This document shows, in pieces, positions 1 through 8,961 of a stretch of 64,000 nucleotides of DNA. The DNA lies in the NCBI GenBank assembly GCA_037481835.1, contig JBBFKW010000011.1:95163-159162 (forward strand). The letters are read 5' to 3'. The stretch's first letter is position 1. Each line of letters opens with the position of its first letter. Source of the stretch: Desulfosoma sp. GTDB lineage: Bacteria > Desulfobacterota > Syntrophobacteria > Syntrophobacterales > DSM-9756. The notes under the pieces were generated by a model, which saw nothing but the letters and a program-made list of their open reading frames with translations, had not been told where the DNA came from and did not search any database. The position numbers were made by a program, and so were the translations under genes.

Positions 1-577
1 CGACGATGGTTCGCCCTTCTTTTTCCTGCAGGGTTTTCAGCAGGGAGAAGATCTGGAGCTTTCGATGGACGTCCATGGCGGATACGGCCTCGTCCAAAAG
101 CAGCACCGGAGTGTCCTGAGCCAGGGCCTTGGCGACGAAAACCCTTTGCCGCTCCCCGCCGCTCACGCCGGTGATGGGCCGCTCGGCCAGATCCAGCGTC
201 TCGGTCCGTTCCATGGCCTGCCGCACGGCCTCCTCGTCCTCGGGCGTTTCATGCCCGCCCCGCTTCTGGTGAGGGTATCGTCCCATGGCCACCACGTCCC
301 AACAGGAAAAAGGGTAAGGGACATGGACGTCTTGAGGGACGACCGCGATGTGTCGGGCCCTTTCCCGGTGGGGGACCGTGACCAGGGGACGGCCGTTTAG
401 GCGGATGCGCCCCGCCGTTACCGGCAAAACGCCGCTCAGAGCGAGGATGAGCGTGGTCTTGCCGGATCCGTTTGGGCCCAAGACGCCGACAAACTCCCCC
501 GCCCCGATGGACAGGTGGACGTCGTGGAGGACCTTTCGGTCCGGATACCCGCAATGGACATGCTCGAGTTCAATCAC
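1..577 (-). CDS. ABC transporter ATP-binding subunit, iron-chelate/cobalamin family (BtuD/FecE-like); runs off the window edge
   Basis: Not in the ORF track; own translation from GTG 577: MIELEHVHCGYPDRKVLHDV..GPNGSGKTT (Walker A), LSGGERQRV signature, LLLLDEPT Walker B; GTGA overlap with the permease stop. Confidence 0.92.
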   Translation of the reverse strand, partial: MIELEHVHCGYPDRKVLHDVHLSIGAGEFVGVLGPNGSGKTTLILALSGVLPVTAGRIRLNGRPLVTVPHRERARHIAVVPQDVHVPYPFSCWDVVAMGRYPHQKRGGHETPEDEEAVRQAMERTETLDLAERPITGVSGGERQRVFVAKALAQDTPVLLLDEAVSAMDVHRKLQIFSLLKTLQEKEGRTIV

Positions 578-1728
578 AGCGCCACGGCCTTTTTCTTCCG
601 GATCAAAAGATAGGCGAAAAAAGGCGCTCCCAAAATGGCCGTCACCACCCCGAGAGGGATTTCGCGGCCGTCGGCAAGGATCGTTCGAGCCAGCGTATCG
701 GAGACCAGGGTGAGCAGGGCGCCGAGGATCATGGCGGCGGGAAGCAGCTGTTTGTGTGCCGGGCCGAGGCACAAACGGGCCACATGAGGGACCACCAGTC
801 CGATGAATCCCACAACCCCGCTCACGGCCACGGCGGCCGCCGCAACCAGGGACGCCGCGGCAAGGAGACGGCGCCGCACCCGATCCGTCGGAACGCCGCT
901 TTGAAACGCCGCGGTGTCTCCCAACGCCAGCAGATCCATTTCCCGGGCGTAAGCGAAAATCACCCACGATCCGCCGAGCATGTAGGGCAGAATGGCCATT
1001 ACGTGCTGCCAGCTTCGTCCCGAGAGGCTTCCCATGATCCAAAAGACGATGGCCGAAAGGGATTCCTCGTGGAGGCTCTTCAGGAGACTGATCCACGCTG
1101 AAAGAAAGGTGGAAATGATAATGCCGCCCAGGACCAGCGTGGTGGGATGGATCCTGCCCTGGAGCCGACCCAGGAGCAGCACCAGGCCGAGCGCCCCCAT
1201 GGCGCCCACGAAAGCGATCACGGGCAGCATCCCCATCCCAGCCAGTTTCCACGAAGTCCATCCGAAAAGAATCGCCGTGGACGCCCCAAAAGCCGCTCCG
1301 GTGGACACCCCCAGCGTAAAGGGGTCCGCCAGGGGATTGAGCAGGATGCCCTGGTAGACCGTGCCGGAAAGAGCCAGGGCGGCTCCCACGACCAAGGCCA
1401 ACACCACGCGGGCGAACCGGAGATGGACGACGATGTAGTGGGCCGTCGCCGCGTGCGTGTCGGGGACACCCGCCTCTAGGGGATGAAAGGCCGAGAGGAG
1501 CACCCGCCATAAGGTGTCGGGTTCCACGGGAAAGGGGCCCAGGGTGATGCAGTAGAGCGAAACCGCCGGGAGAAGAAGGAGCGCTGAAGCCCAGAAAAGG
1601 CGCGCTTTCATCCGCCGGGCGCGCCGCAACGGTCTTAAGGCTTCGGCTTTGTGCGGCCCCGGCGATGAGGGGAGGCTCGAGGCCTGCTGGGTTTTTTGAA
1701 AGTCCCGAAGGGTTTCCACATCGTTCAC
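574..1728 (-). CDS. FecCD/BtuC-family ABC permease (cobalamin/cobalt-chelate uptake)
   Basis: RFARV..NPLADPFTLGVSTGAA, GVVGFIGLVVPHVAR, EIPLGVVTAILGAPFF; start at GTG 1728 (overlaps cbiL stop) or ATG 1611. Confidence 0.92.
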   Translation of the reverse strand: MNDVETLRDFQKTQQASSLPSSPGPHKAEALRPLRRARRMKARLFWASALLLLPAVSLYCITLGPFPVEPDTLWRVLLSAFHPLEAGVPDTHAATAHYIVVHLRFARVVLALVVGAALALSGTVYQGILLNPLADPFTLGVSTGAAFGASTAILFGWTSWKLAGMGMLPVIAFVGAMGALGLVLLLGRLQGRIHPTTLVLGGIIISTFLSAWISLLKSLHEESLSAIVFWIMGSLSGRSWQHVMAILPYMLGGSWVIFAYAREMDLLALGDTAAFQSGVPTDRVRRRLLAAASLVAAAAVAVSGVVGFIGLVVPHVARLCLGPAHKQLLPAAMILGALLTLVSDTLARTILADGREIPLGVVTAILGAPFFAYLLIRKKKAVAL

Positions 1729-2441
1729 GTCGGGGCGCCGGTTTTCTTCACGATGAGAAGGGAAAGGTAGTGGGGTTTGAGGCTTTGCAGAGCCGCGAAG
1801 TCTTTTTCCACAATCTGACCGTCCAAGCCGCAGCGACTCACAAAGCAAACGCGATCCTGGAGTCCCAGGTCCTGAATCTTTTGCAAAATCTGGGGAAACT
1901 GCTTGTAGGCTTTCATGAGCACCACATTGTCCGAAAAAGGCAGCACCTCCGGCAGCCGTTCCCCGCCCTTGGCCCCGGAAATGACCGTCAGGGTTTCTTC
2001 GGCTTCCGAAAGCGGAACCCCCGCGCAGGCGGCCGCCGCCTGGTAGGACGTGATGCCAGGTACAATTTCCACGGGCACCTGAGGCAAGCGGTTTCGAATT
2101 TTTCGAAGAAGGTAAATAAAAGTGCTGAAGGTCATGGGGTCGCCGAGGGTAAGGAACGCCGTGTGGACGCCGGCTTTCAGGCGTTCCACGACGGTTTCAC
2201 AGTTGGCCCGCCACGCCGCTTCCAGGCGGTCCTTGTTGAAGGTCATGGGGAAATCCAGAAAGCTTACGGGGACTTCATGAGGGAGATGGGCTCGGACGAT
2301 ATCCAACGCGAGGCTGTAGTCGTTGGAAGACGACGAGGCGGCGAAGACATGGCCGACGCGGCCGAGGATCTTCACCGCCTTGAGGGTGAGCAGGTCCGGG
2401 TCTCCCGGGCCCACACCGATGCCGTAGAGTGTTCCAAGCAT
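1725..2441 (-). CDS. cbiL: Precorrin-2/cobalt-factor II C20-methyltransferase
   Basis: LYGIGVGPGDPDLLTLKA, FPMT, AFLTLGDPMTFSTF, IVPGITS, HYLSLLIV; ATG 2441. Confidence 0.92.
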   Translation of the reverse strand: MLGTLYGIGVGPGDPDLLTLKAVKILGRVGHVFAASSSSNDYSLALDIVRAHLPHEVPVSFLDFPMTFNKDRLEAAWRANCETVVERLKAGVHTAFLTLGDPMTFSTFIYLLRKIRNRLPQVPVEIVPGITSYQAAAACAGVPLSEAEETLTVISGAKGGERLPEVLPFSDNVVLMKAYKQFPQILQKIQDLGLQDRVCFVSRCGLDGQIVEKDFAALQSLKPHYLSLLIVKKTGAPT

Positions 2442-2446
2442 GGAAC

Positions 2447-3133
2447 CTATCCTTTCGTTTCCGGCGGGGCGGCCGCTCGAGCGAGTTCCATCAGGGCATG
2501 GAGAATGGCCACGGCCACCGGGCTTCCGCCCTTTCGGCCCAGCACGGTGATGGACGGCACGTCCTGACGGCGCCACAGGATTTCTTTGGCCGTATCCGCC
2601 TGCACAAACCCGACGGGAACGCCGATGAGCAGAGCCGGCCGGATGCCCTCTTCGTCGATGAGCCGCAGGATTTCCAAGAGGGCGGTGGGGGCGTTGCCGA
2701 TGGCGACAAGGGCTCCGTGCAGCTCGGGCGCGACGCGGCGAAAACCCGCGACGGTAAGGGTCACGCCGTCCCTTTCGGCCGCCTCCCGGGATGCCGGATC
2801 CGATGCGGGAACCTGCACGGCCGTGCCGAACCAACGGAGCCGAGTTGGGGAAAGGCCCACCTGCACCATGCGCGTGTCCGTGTAGAGGGCGGCACGGCGA
2901 TGCAGAGCGGCGCAGCCGGCCTCAAGAGCCCGTTCGTGGATCCGGATGCGCTCGGCGAATTCAAAGTCGCCCGTGGTGTGGATCACCCGGCGCACGACGG
3001 TCCACTGTTCGGGCGAAAAGTCGTGCGGCCCCATTTCGGCGTCAATGATTCGAAAGCTGGCCTCTTCAATGTCCTTGCCCGCCGAAACCAGGGGTGTGTC
3101 CCGGCCGGGCGGCGCTTTTGAAGGCGGAATCAT
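2447..3133 (-). CDS. cbiC: Precorrin-8X/cobalt-precorrin-8 methylmutase
   Basis: IEEASFRII, RVIHTTGDFE, IGNAPTAL, GVPVGFV, GRKGGSPVAVA; ATG 3133 with AAGGAG RBS. Confidence 0.95.
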   Translation of the reverse strand: MIPPSKAPPGRDTPLVSAGKDIEEASFRIIDAEMGPHDFSPEQWTVVRRVIHTTGDFEFAERIRIHERALEAGCAALHRRAALYTDTRMVQVGLSPTRLRWFGTAVQVPASDPASREAAERDGVTLTVAGFRRVAPELHGALVAIGNAPTALLEILRLIDEEGIRPALLIGVPVGFVQADTAKEILWRRQDVPSITVLGRKGGSPVAVAILHALMELARAAAPPETKG

Positions 3134-3151
3134 GTGGTGCCCGTCTCCTTG

Positions 3152-3189
3152 AAATAAAAAATCCTTGAAACGTTTCCGTTCCAAGGATT
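3152..3189 (-). terminator. Intrinsic terminator in the riboswitch expression platform
   Basis: Minus strand AATCCTTGGAACG-GAAA-CGTTTCAAGGATT (13-bp stem, GAAA loop) followed by a T-rich tract. Confidence 0.8.
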
Positions 3190-3287
3190 GCACCCGGTTT
3201 CCTTCATCCCCGTTGTCGCGAAAGAACCCTTGCCGCGGGGTCCTGTCGCGGGGAAGATCCCTTTGCCATCGGGATCTCTTCCCTTGA

Positions 3288-3456
3288 AGAAGTCAGGCAG
3301 GTCTTCTGGCTCACGGATCGTCCTACCGGCCGCCCTTCCCATCCCACGCCCGTGGAACAGTGGGTCTGTCGGCTTTCGTCCCCGTTCACAGCGGCGGGAC
3401 CGCGACGGAATCGCACCGTCTTCCCTCTTCAACCCGCATGCGGGTACCTGACTTCC
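3288..3456 (-). promoter_or_regulatory. Cobalamin (B12) riboswitch
   Basis: Minus strand AGGT..AAGAGGGAA-ACGGTG-CGATTCCG-GCGGTCCCGCCGCTGTGA..CCACTG..TGGGAAGG..GAGCCAGAAGACCTGCC (B12 box); upstream of cbiC-cbiL-ABC genes. Confidence 0.95.
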
Positions 3457-3597
3457 TTCGGCTTGTCAGAGAACAGAAAACTGTCTTCTTCTAGACCAAA
3501 GCGCCGATGCCGTCAACACCCCAAGCCGGCCCACAGCGGGAAAAAACCCAAGGGTCCGGGGGGGCGTGGAAGGGGGGGCAATCCCTCGGGCCTTTGT

Positions 3598-3675
3598 GTT
3601 GGGGTTCGCTTCGCTCACCCCAACCTACATCCTGGAACAAACCCGTAGGTTGGGGTGAGCGAAGCGAACCCCAAC
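3598..3675. repeat. Inverted pair of 31-bp GTAG-class REP-like elements (3598-3628, 3645-3675)
   Basis: GTAGGTTGGGGTGAGCGAAGCGAACCCCAAC and its exact reverse complement, 16-bp spacer; identical copies at 17587, 17730, 17877. Confidence 0.88.
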
Positions 3676-3711
3676 TTCCATTTTTCTCATGGAAACCAAC
3701 GAACCCTATCG

Positions 3712-3799
3712 CCCCAATCCCCTCTGCCCCAATGCCCCAAATCCCCAATCACGTAATGACCTAATGACCTAATGACCCAATGACCCAATAACCCCATAC
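3712..3799. repeat. Degenerate 8-bp tandem repeat array
   Basis: TAATGACC x3, CAATGACC, CAATAACC (3754-3793), preceded by five CCCC runs at about 8-bp period (3712-3746). Confidence 0.8.
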
Positions 3800-5530
3800 C
3801 TATTCATCTTCTTCCAATCGGATCATGCCCGATTTCTTGATGGCCGCCACACCCCCCTGCACGTTCACGGCGTTTTGGATGCCCGCCGCACGCAGCTGCA
3901 ACAAGGCTTCGTAGGATCGCACGCCCGAATTGCACACGACAAACAGCCGCTTGTCCTTGGGAACGGCGTCGAGCCGCTGGGCCAGGGTTTCCTGGGGGAT
4001 GTTGATCCAACGGTCGCCGAAGGCCTTGACGAAGGGTTCCGCGTTGCGCGGACCTCGCACGTCCAGGCACACCACGTCGGGGGCGGCGTCCTGGAGGAAG
4101 CAGGTTTCGAAATCGTCCGGGTCCGCGGTCACGTTGAGGCCGTCCAGGATATTTTCGGCGGTGTTGCCCAGAGCGTTGACGATGTCCATAGCTGCGGCGA
4201 AAGGCGGCGTGTAGGCCACTTCCAGGTTGGAAAGGTCGTCCACGGTGCCGCGGCGGGCCAAGAGGGCCGCGACGGCGTTGATGCGCCCCACGAGGGCGTC
4301 GCCGTTTCGGCTCACGCCCTGAATGCCGAGGAGCCGGCGCGTCTTTCGGTCCACCACGAGGGCCAGGGCCATGAGGTCTTGGGTGGGGTAGAAATGGGCG
4401 CGGTCAGCTTGGATCACCAGGGCCTGCACGGCATCGAAGCCTTCCGATACGGCCGTTTTGTGCGTGATGCCCGCCGTAGCCACGGCCATCTCAAAAATCT
4501 TCACGGCGAAAGATCCCACGGCCCCTTCGAACGTGGCGCACCCGCCTGCGATGTTGGTCCCGATGATGCGCCCTTGACGGTTGGCGAGAGATCCTTGCGG
4601 GAAATGGAAAGGCTTTCCCGTGATCCGATGAATCACCTCGATACAGTCGCCTCCAGCGTAAATGCAGGGATCCGACGTCTGCAGCCGCTGATTGACGACA
4701 ACGGCGCCGCGAGGGGATACGAGCAGGCCGGCTTGGGCCGCCAAAAACCCGTTGGGGCGGACGCCCACGGCCGTGATCACCAAGTCCGCCGGAAGGTCTC
4801 TTTGGTTCGTGCGCACCGTGAGCGATTCGCCGTCGTCGGCGGGGATCACTTCTCGAACCGTCTCCCCCGTGTACACGGCCACCCCGCGTTCGTCCAAATG
4901 GGCCGCCACCATGCGGGCGAGGGTCGGATCGAGCACGCCGGGAAGGACCTGGGGCGCGATTTCCACCAGGGACGTCTCCACACCCCACAGATCGGTCAAG
5001 GCTTCGGCCATTTCGCAGCCGATGGCCCCGGCCCCGACAATGACCGCGCGACCCACCGCCCCCTTGGACAGCATGTCCTTGATGGCCGAGGCGTCGTGGA
5101 GGTTGGAAACGCTCATGACCCGCGGGTGGTCCAACCCGGGGATGGGCAGTTTGTTGGGAAGGCTCCCCGTGGCCAGCACGAGGAAGTCGTAGGGGAGCTC
5201 CCGGTCCTCGTGAGTTTCCAAGCAGTGCACATGAAGGATTTTCCGCTCCCGGTCGATGGCTTCCGCCCGGGTTCGCGTCATCACGTGCACCCCCTTGGCT
5301 TTTTCGAAAAACTCGGGAGTGCGCAGCATGTGGAAACTCGTGCTCATGAGCGCCGACAGATCGCTCACATCCCCCGAGATGTAATAGGGAATGCCGCAGC
5401 CGCCGTAGGAAATGTATTGGTCCTGATCCACCATGACGACGTCGTAATCGGGACGGAGCCTCTTGATGCGGCAGGCCGCCTTGGGCCCCAGAGCCACCGC
5501 TCCCACGATGACCACACGCTGTGTCGCCAT
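3800..5530 (-). CDS. FAD-dependent CoA-disulfide reductase-like oxidoreductase with C-terminal rhodanese domain (Npsr/CoADR-RHD type)
   Basis: VVIVGAVALG, SYGGCG redox Cys, LVLATGS, GAGAIG, TSDPCIYAGGDC, AYTPPF, LDVRG..VCNSGVRS..NVQGG; start 5530-5545. Confidence 0.9.
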   Translation of the reverse strand: MATQRVVIVGAVALGPKAACRIKRLRPDYDVVMVDQDQYISYGGCGIPYYISGDVSDLSALMSTSFHMLRTPEFFEKAKGVHVMTRTRAEAIDRERKILHVHCLETHEDRELPYDFLVLATGSLPNKLPIPGLDHPRVMSVSNLHDASAIKDMLSKGAVGRAVIVGAGAIGCEMAEALTDLWGVETSLVEIAPQVLPGVLDPTLARMVAAHLDERGVAVYTGETVREVIPADDGESLTVRTNQRDLPADLVITAVGVRPNGFLAAQAGLLVSPRGAVVVNQRLQTSDPCIYAGGDCIEVIHRITGKPFHFPQGSLANRQGRIIGTNIAGGCATFEGAVGSFAVKIFEMAVATAGITHKTAVSEGFDAVQALVIQADRAHFYPTQDLMALALVVDRKTRRLLGIQGVSRNGDALVGRINAVAALLARRGTVDDLSNLEVAYTPPFAAAMDIVNALGNTAENILDGLNVTADPDDFETCFLQDAAPDVVCLDVRGPRNAEPFVKAFGDRWINIPQETLAQRLDAVPKDKRLFVVCNSGVRSYEALLQLRAAGIQNAVNVQGGVAAIKKSGMIRLEEDE

Positions 5531-5621
5531 TGCCATCCCTCTCATGCCGTTACCGGTTTCTGAAGCCGCGGGCGTCCCCCCAGGTCACAGCGCAGTTTGG
5601 GGTGCCCCAGCGGATCGGCAT

Positions 5622-5888
5622 TCATTGGTTGCCAAAGCCGCGAATTTCCCCGCAGTCCGGACAGGTCCAGGTGATGCCGTTACAGGTCATACCCCAGAAA
5701 TTTTCTTCCATGCAGTCGGAACACATCATGAACCCGCAGGGACACGTCCAGCAAAAGGGCTGTTCCGCGCCGCACACAGAGCACACGTACCGATGCGGCC
5801 GCCGCGCGCGGCGTCTCGGCGCCACGGCCGTTCCATTATCAACCGAGGACGCCTTCTCGTCCCCTTGCGGATATAGCTCTGATGCCAT
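5622..5888 (-). CDS. Small Cys-rich putative metal-binding (zinc-finger-like) protein
   Basis: 88 aa with CSVC, CWTCPC, CSDC, CPDC; GGAGGAG RBS upstream. Confidence 0.75.
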   Translation of the reverse strand: MASELYPQGDEKASSVDNGTAVAPRRRARRPHRYVCSVCGAEQPFCWTCPCGFMMCSDCMEENFWGMTCNGITWTCPDCGEIRGFGNQ

Positions 5889-6221
5889 GGACGCTCGTCT
5901 CTCCTCCCAGCCCCCTATAGCACCTCCGAGTCCCGTTAGACAAGGCGGCCGCCGGCACAGGGGGGCGCCTTGTCTGAGGAGCCTCCGTTGTCGGCGCGAG
6001 GCCTTCCCCCGGCTTTAAAGGGCATCGGGGATCCAAGATTTGCGGGAGGCCCATGCGGCACAGAAACGACGATGAACGGCGATTTGCTGTGCCCTGTTGA
6101 AGGGGCGGCCTCGCCTGCGACCGTGGACCGTTTTGGCCATCCGCGTAAGCGGGGCTGACAGGGTGACGAAAATTCCACCTCAGCCCAGGGGCGCCGTCGA
6201 ATCGTTTTTGATATCGACCCC

Positions 6222-6935
6222 TCATGGGATGCGGCTTTTGCGTCCCACCGCCAAATCGTGCACGGGAATGAGGATGTCGGCCATGGCGCGGACTTTTTGG
6301 ATGCTGTCGTAGGCGGCCAGGGCGTCGGTATGGACGCCGGGCGTTACGGCGGGCCCGGTGGCGGGAAAATTCTTGTCGTTGCAGCAAAACCCCGTGATCA
6401 CCGCGCGCCCTGCCTCCGTATTGACGATGACGGACTGCCCACCGGGGGTGTGGCCCGGCGTCCACACCAGTTCGATGCCGTCTCGAAAGACCACGTCCCC
6501 GCGGACCGTCTCGATCTTCACACCGTCCAGGATCCCCGGAACATAGCGGTGATCCAAAGGATGAGGGTTTTGATAGAAGGCGTATTCCTCTTCCTGCACC
6601 ACCACCACGGCGTTGGGGCACTTGGCGTCGTTTTCGCAATGGTCGTTATGGAGATGGGTGTGGATGATCACATCCACATCCTCGGGTTTCAACCCGACGG
6701 AAGCCAGAGCGTCTTCGAATTCCAAAATCTTCAAACCGTAGTGCTCGGCCACATGATCGGGCACCATGAACTCTTCCAGCCCTGAGTCCACCAAGATGAC
6801 TTCGTCGCCGCCCTCGATGACGAAAACGTAGATGGGAATCCAAATCCTTTTGCCGTAGTCCTTGAGGTACGTCATGATGCCCTGGTCCGTTTCGTTGGCG
6901 CCCACCACCAAGGGGCGAATGGTATACCGTCGCAT
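6222..6935 (-). CDS. MBL-fold metallo-hydrolase, AHL-lactonase-like family
   Basis: LVDSG, HTHLHNDH, TPGHTPGGQS, IPVHD; ATG 6935 with AAAGGAG. Confidence 0.88.
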   Translation of the reverse strand: MRRYTIRPLVVGANETDQGIMTYLKDYGKRIWIPIYVFVIEGGDEVILVDSGLEEFMVPDHVAEHYGLKILEFEDALASVGLKPEDVDVIIHTHLHNDHCENDAKCPNAVVVVQEEEYAFYQNPHPLDHRYVPGILDGVKIETVRGDVVFRDGIELVWTPGHTPGGQSVIVNTEAGRAVITGFCCNDKNFPATGPAVTPGVHTDALAAYDSIQKVRAMADILIPVHDLAVGRKSRIP

Positions 6936-7059
6936 GCCCGTTTCTCCTTTTCGATTCCGCATGTCAACCGCATCAGCCTCCCGCACGGCTCGATCACCTG
7001 CCCCAAGGAAAGACATGGGATCGGAGAAATGTCAAGAAAGGTCGATGGATGAGGCGGCG

Positions 7060-8880
7060 CTATCGGGACTCTGATCGCCTGTTGAGGAGCCAGTCGATGA
7101 CCCGGCCTGGGTCGGGTTGGGGAATCTCGGAACTTGGGGGCTGGGACGGTTTTGGGAGGCTTGAGGGCTGGTGGGCGGGTTCGGCGCCGCTCGCCGGCCC
7201 CGGTTCGGACGGCGTAGCGGTTAAAGGGGTTCCCTCGGAGGTCTTAACGGCGTGTGGAACGGATTCCGGGCGGGAGGGAACAGGGGGACTGGGCGCCGTC
7301 TCGGTGATCGGGGGGGATGGGGAGGCAGGGGCCTGAAAGGAGGCTTCCCCCTCGGGCTTTTCCGGCAGGGCCTGCGATGGAGCGGCTCTTGCCCCTGAGG
7401 TCGGCGAACGAGGCCGTTCGGGTTGCTCCCTGGATGGGGGGACTGCAGCGACGGATCTGGCGTTCTTGTTCGGGCTCACCGTTTTTTCGGCCGCTTTAGC
7501 CTTGAATTTGTGTTGCAACGCTTCGTGCTCGGCGATCCGCACCTTTTCCGGGTCCCAAGAACCAGGCCCAACCGTAAGGGACACCATACCGGAGGCGTCA
7601 AGAGAATCGGGCGATGCGGCCCGCTCCAGCAGAGCCGGGCTCAACACCGGGTGGCGGGAAAAAGTCGAGAGGCTGCCTCGGGGTTCGAACGGTTGTCCAA
7701 GAGCCGAAGATTCTTCACGGCTTTTCTTCAGGGCATCGCTCTTATCCGGCGCTTCCTGCCGTGTTTTCTTTTCGGACTGTGGATCCCCCGCCGAGGCGTC
7801 ATGGGGTTCGGCGGTGCCTTTTTCAGAAGGGGGCAGGGGCTTTACGATACGCTGGCCGTTGGAATCTACACCGGCCGCCGCCGGTGCCGTCTCTTGTCTC
7901 TTCTCCGGCACTCCCGAAGGTGCCGTAAAGGATTGGAGGCGCTTCACGCCTTCCAGAACCCATGTCCATGCCGTTTTCGGCCCTTCCGGGAGCCATACAA
8001 GCGCCGCCGCCAGCACGGCGGCGCACAGACCCGCCAAGGCGATTTTCCGATGTCTCCAAGGCTTGGCTTGAGTCCGGCCTTCCAGGTCGGCGATGACTTC
8101 CCGCACGATTTGCGGGGTCACGGGTTTTCGGCCGTAGCCGAAACCCGTAATAAAAGCGTTGTCGCAAATGATGTTGATCCTTCGGGGGATCCCCTGCGCT
8201 TCCTTGACGATGAGCTCCAGGGCTCCTTGCGTGAATACCTCCCGCGGGGCACTCTGAACCAGAGCCAGCCGGTGGCGGATGTAATCCACGCTTTCCTTGG
8301 GGGTGAGCGGCTTCAAGGTGGTTCGGATGGCGATGCGTTGCTTGAGCTGCCTGAGCTGGTGAAGATTGAGGGTGTTTTCCAGTTCCGGTTGGCCGATGAG
8401 AATGATCTGGATGAGCTTGTCCTTGGTACTCTCCAGATTGGAAAGCATGCGAAGGTTTTCCAGAGTCTCTACGGGCATGTTTTGGGCTTCGTCGATAATG
8501 AGCACCACGTTCCAACCGTCTTGATATTCCTTGATGAGGACCGTGTGGAGGTGGTGAACCATCTCATAAGGGTCCAGGTCGGGCGGTTCCAAACCGAGCT
8601 CACGGTAAATGACCCGAAGCAGCCCCGTGAAAGACACGTTGGCGTTGAAGACGAGGACCGTCTTGATATGGGTGCGGTCGTAGCGTTCCAGGTAGCTGCG
8701 CACAATGGTCGTCTTCCCCAGGCCGATTTCCCCCGTGATGGTGATGAACCCTTTGCGCTGCTGGACTCCGTAAATGATGGCCGCCAAGGCTTCCTTATGA
8801 CTCGGACTTAGATACAGAAAATCCGGATCCGGCGTGATGTGGAAGGGTTCCGCCCGGAACCCGTAAAAATCGAGATACAT
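7060..8880 (-). CDS. exeA: ExeA/GspA-family AAA ATPase with TM helix and Pro/Ser-rich tail
   Basis: MYLDFYGFRAEPFHITPDPDFLYLSPSHKEALA, GEIGLGKTT, IIDEAQN, LIGQPEL, QLKQRI, GIPRRINIICDNA. Confidence 0.88.
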   Translation of the reverse strand: MYLDFYGFRAEPFHITPDPDFLYLSPSHKEALAAIIYGVQQRKGFITITGEIGLGKTTIVRSYLERYDRTHIKTVLVFNANVSFTGLLRVIYRELGLEPPDLDPYEMVHHLHTVLIKEYQDGWNVVLIIDEAQNMPVETLENLRMLSNLESTKDKLIQIILIGQPELENTLNLHQLRQLKQRIAIRTTLKPLTPKESVDYIRHRLALVQSAPREVFTQGALELIVKEAQGIPRRINIICDNAFITGFGYGRKPVTPQIVREVIADLEGRTQAKPWRHRKIALAGLCAAVLAAALVWLPEGPKTAWTWVLEGVKRLQSFTAPSGVPEKRQETAPAAAGVDSNGQRIVKPLPPSEKGTAEPHDASAGDPQSEKKTRQEAPDKSDALKKSREESSALGQPFEPRGSLSTFSRHPVLSPALLERAASPDSLDASGMVSLTVGPGSWDPEKVRIAEHEALQHKFKAKAAEKTVSPNKNARSVAAVPPSREQPERPRSPTSGARAAPSQALPEKPEGEASFQAPASPSPPITETAPSPPVPSRPESVPHAVKTSEGTPLTATPSEPGPASGAEPAHQPSSLPKPSQPPSSEIPQPDPGRVIDWLLNRRSESR

Positions 8881-8961
8881 GGATGGCACGCTCGTATGGC
8901 TTCAAAGTAAACGTTCAGTGCATGCACGCTTAAGTTCGAAAATGCCGCCATGTCGGACGGA

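Noticed and set aside
5550..5624. Selenocysteine readthrough at the TGA of the Cys-rich ORF (frame stays open 23 more codons)
   Set aside because: TGA is not in a redox-motif position, no convincing SECIS seen, and short open tails are common at this GC content
5890..6221. tmRNA-like start (GGGG..GATTCGACGG) on the minus strand
   Set aside because: Spacing is wrong and there is no T-arm/CCA end or tag reading frame
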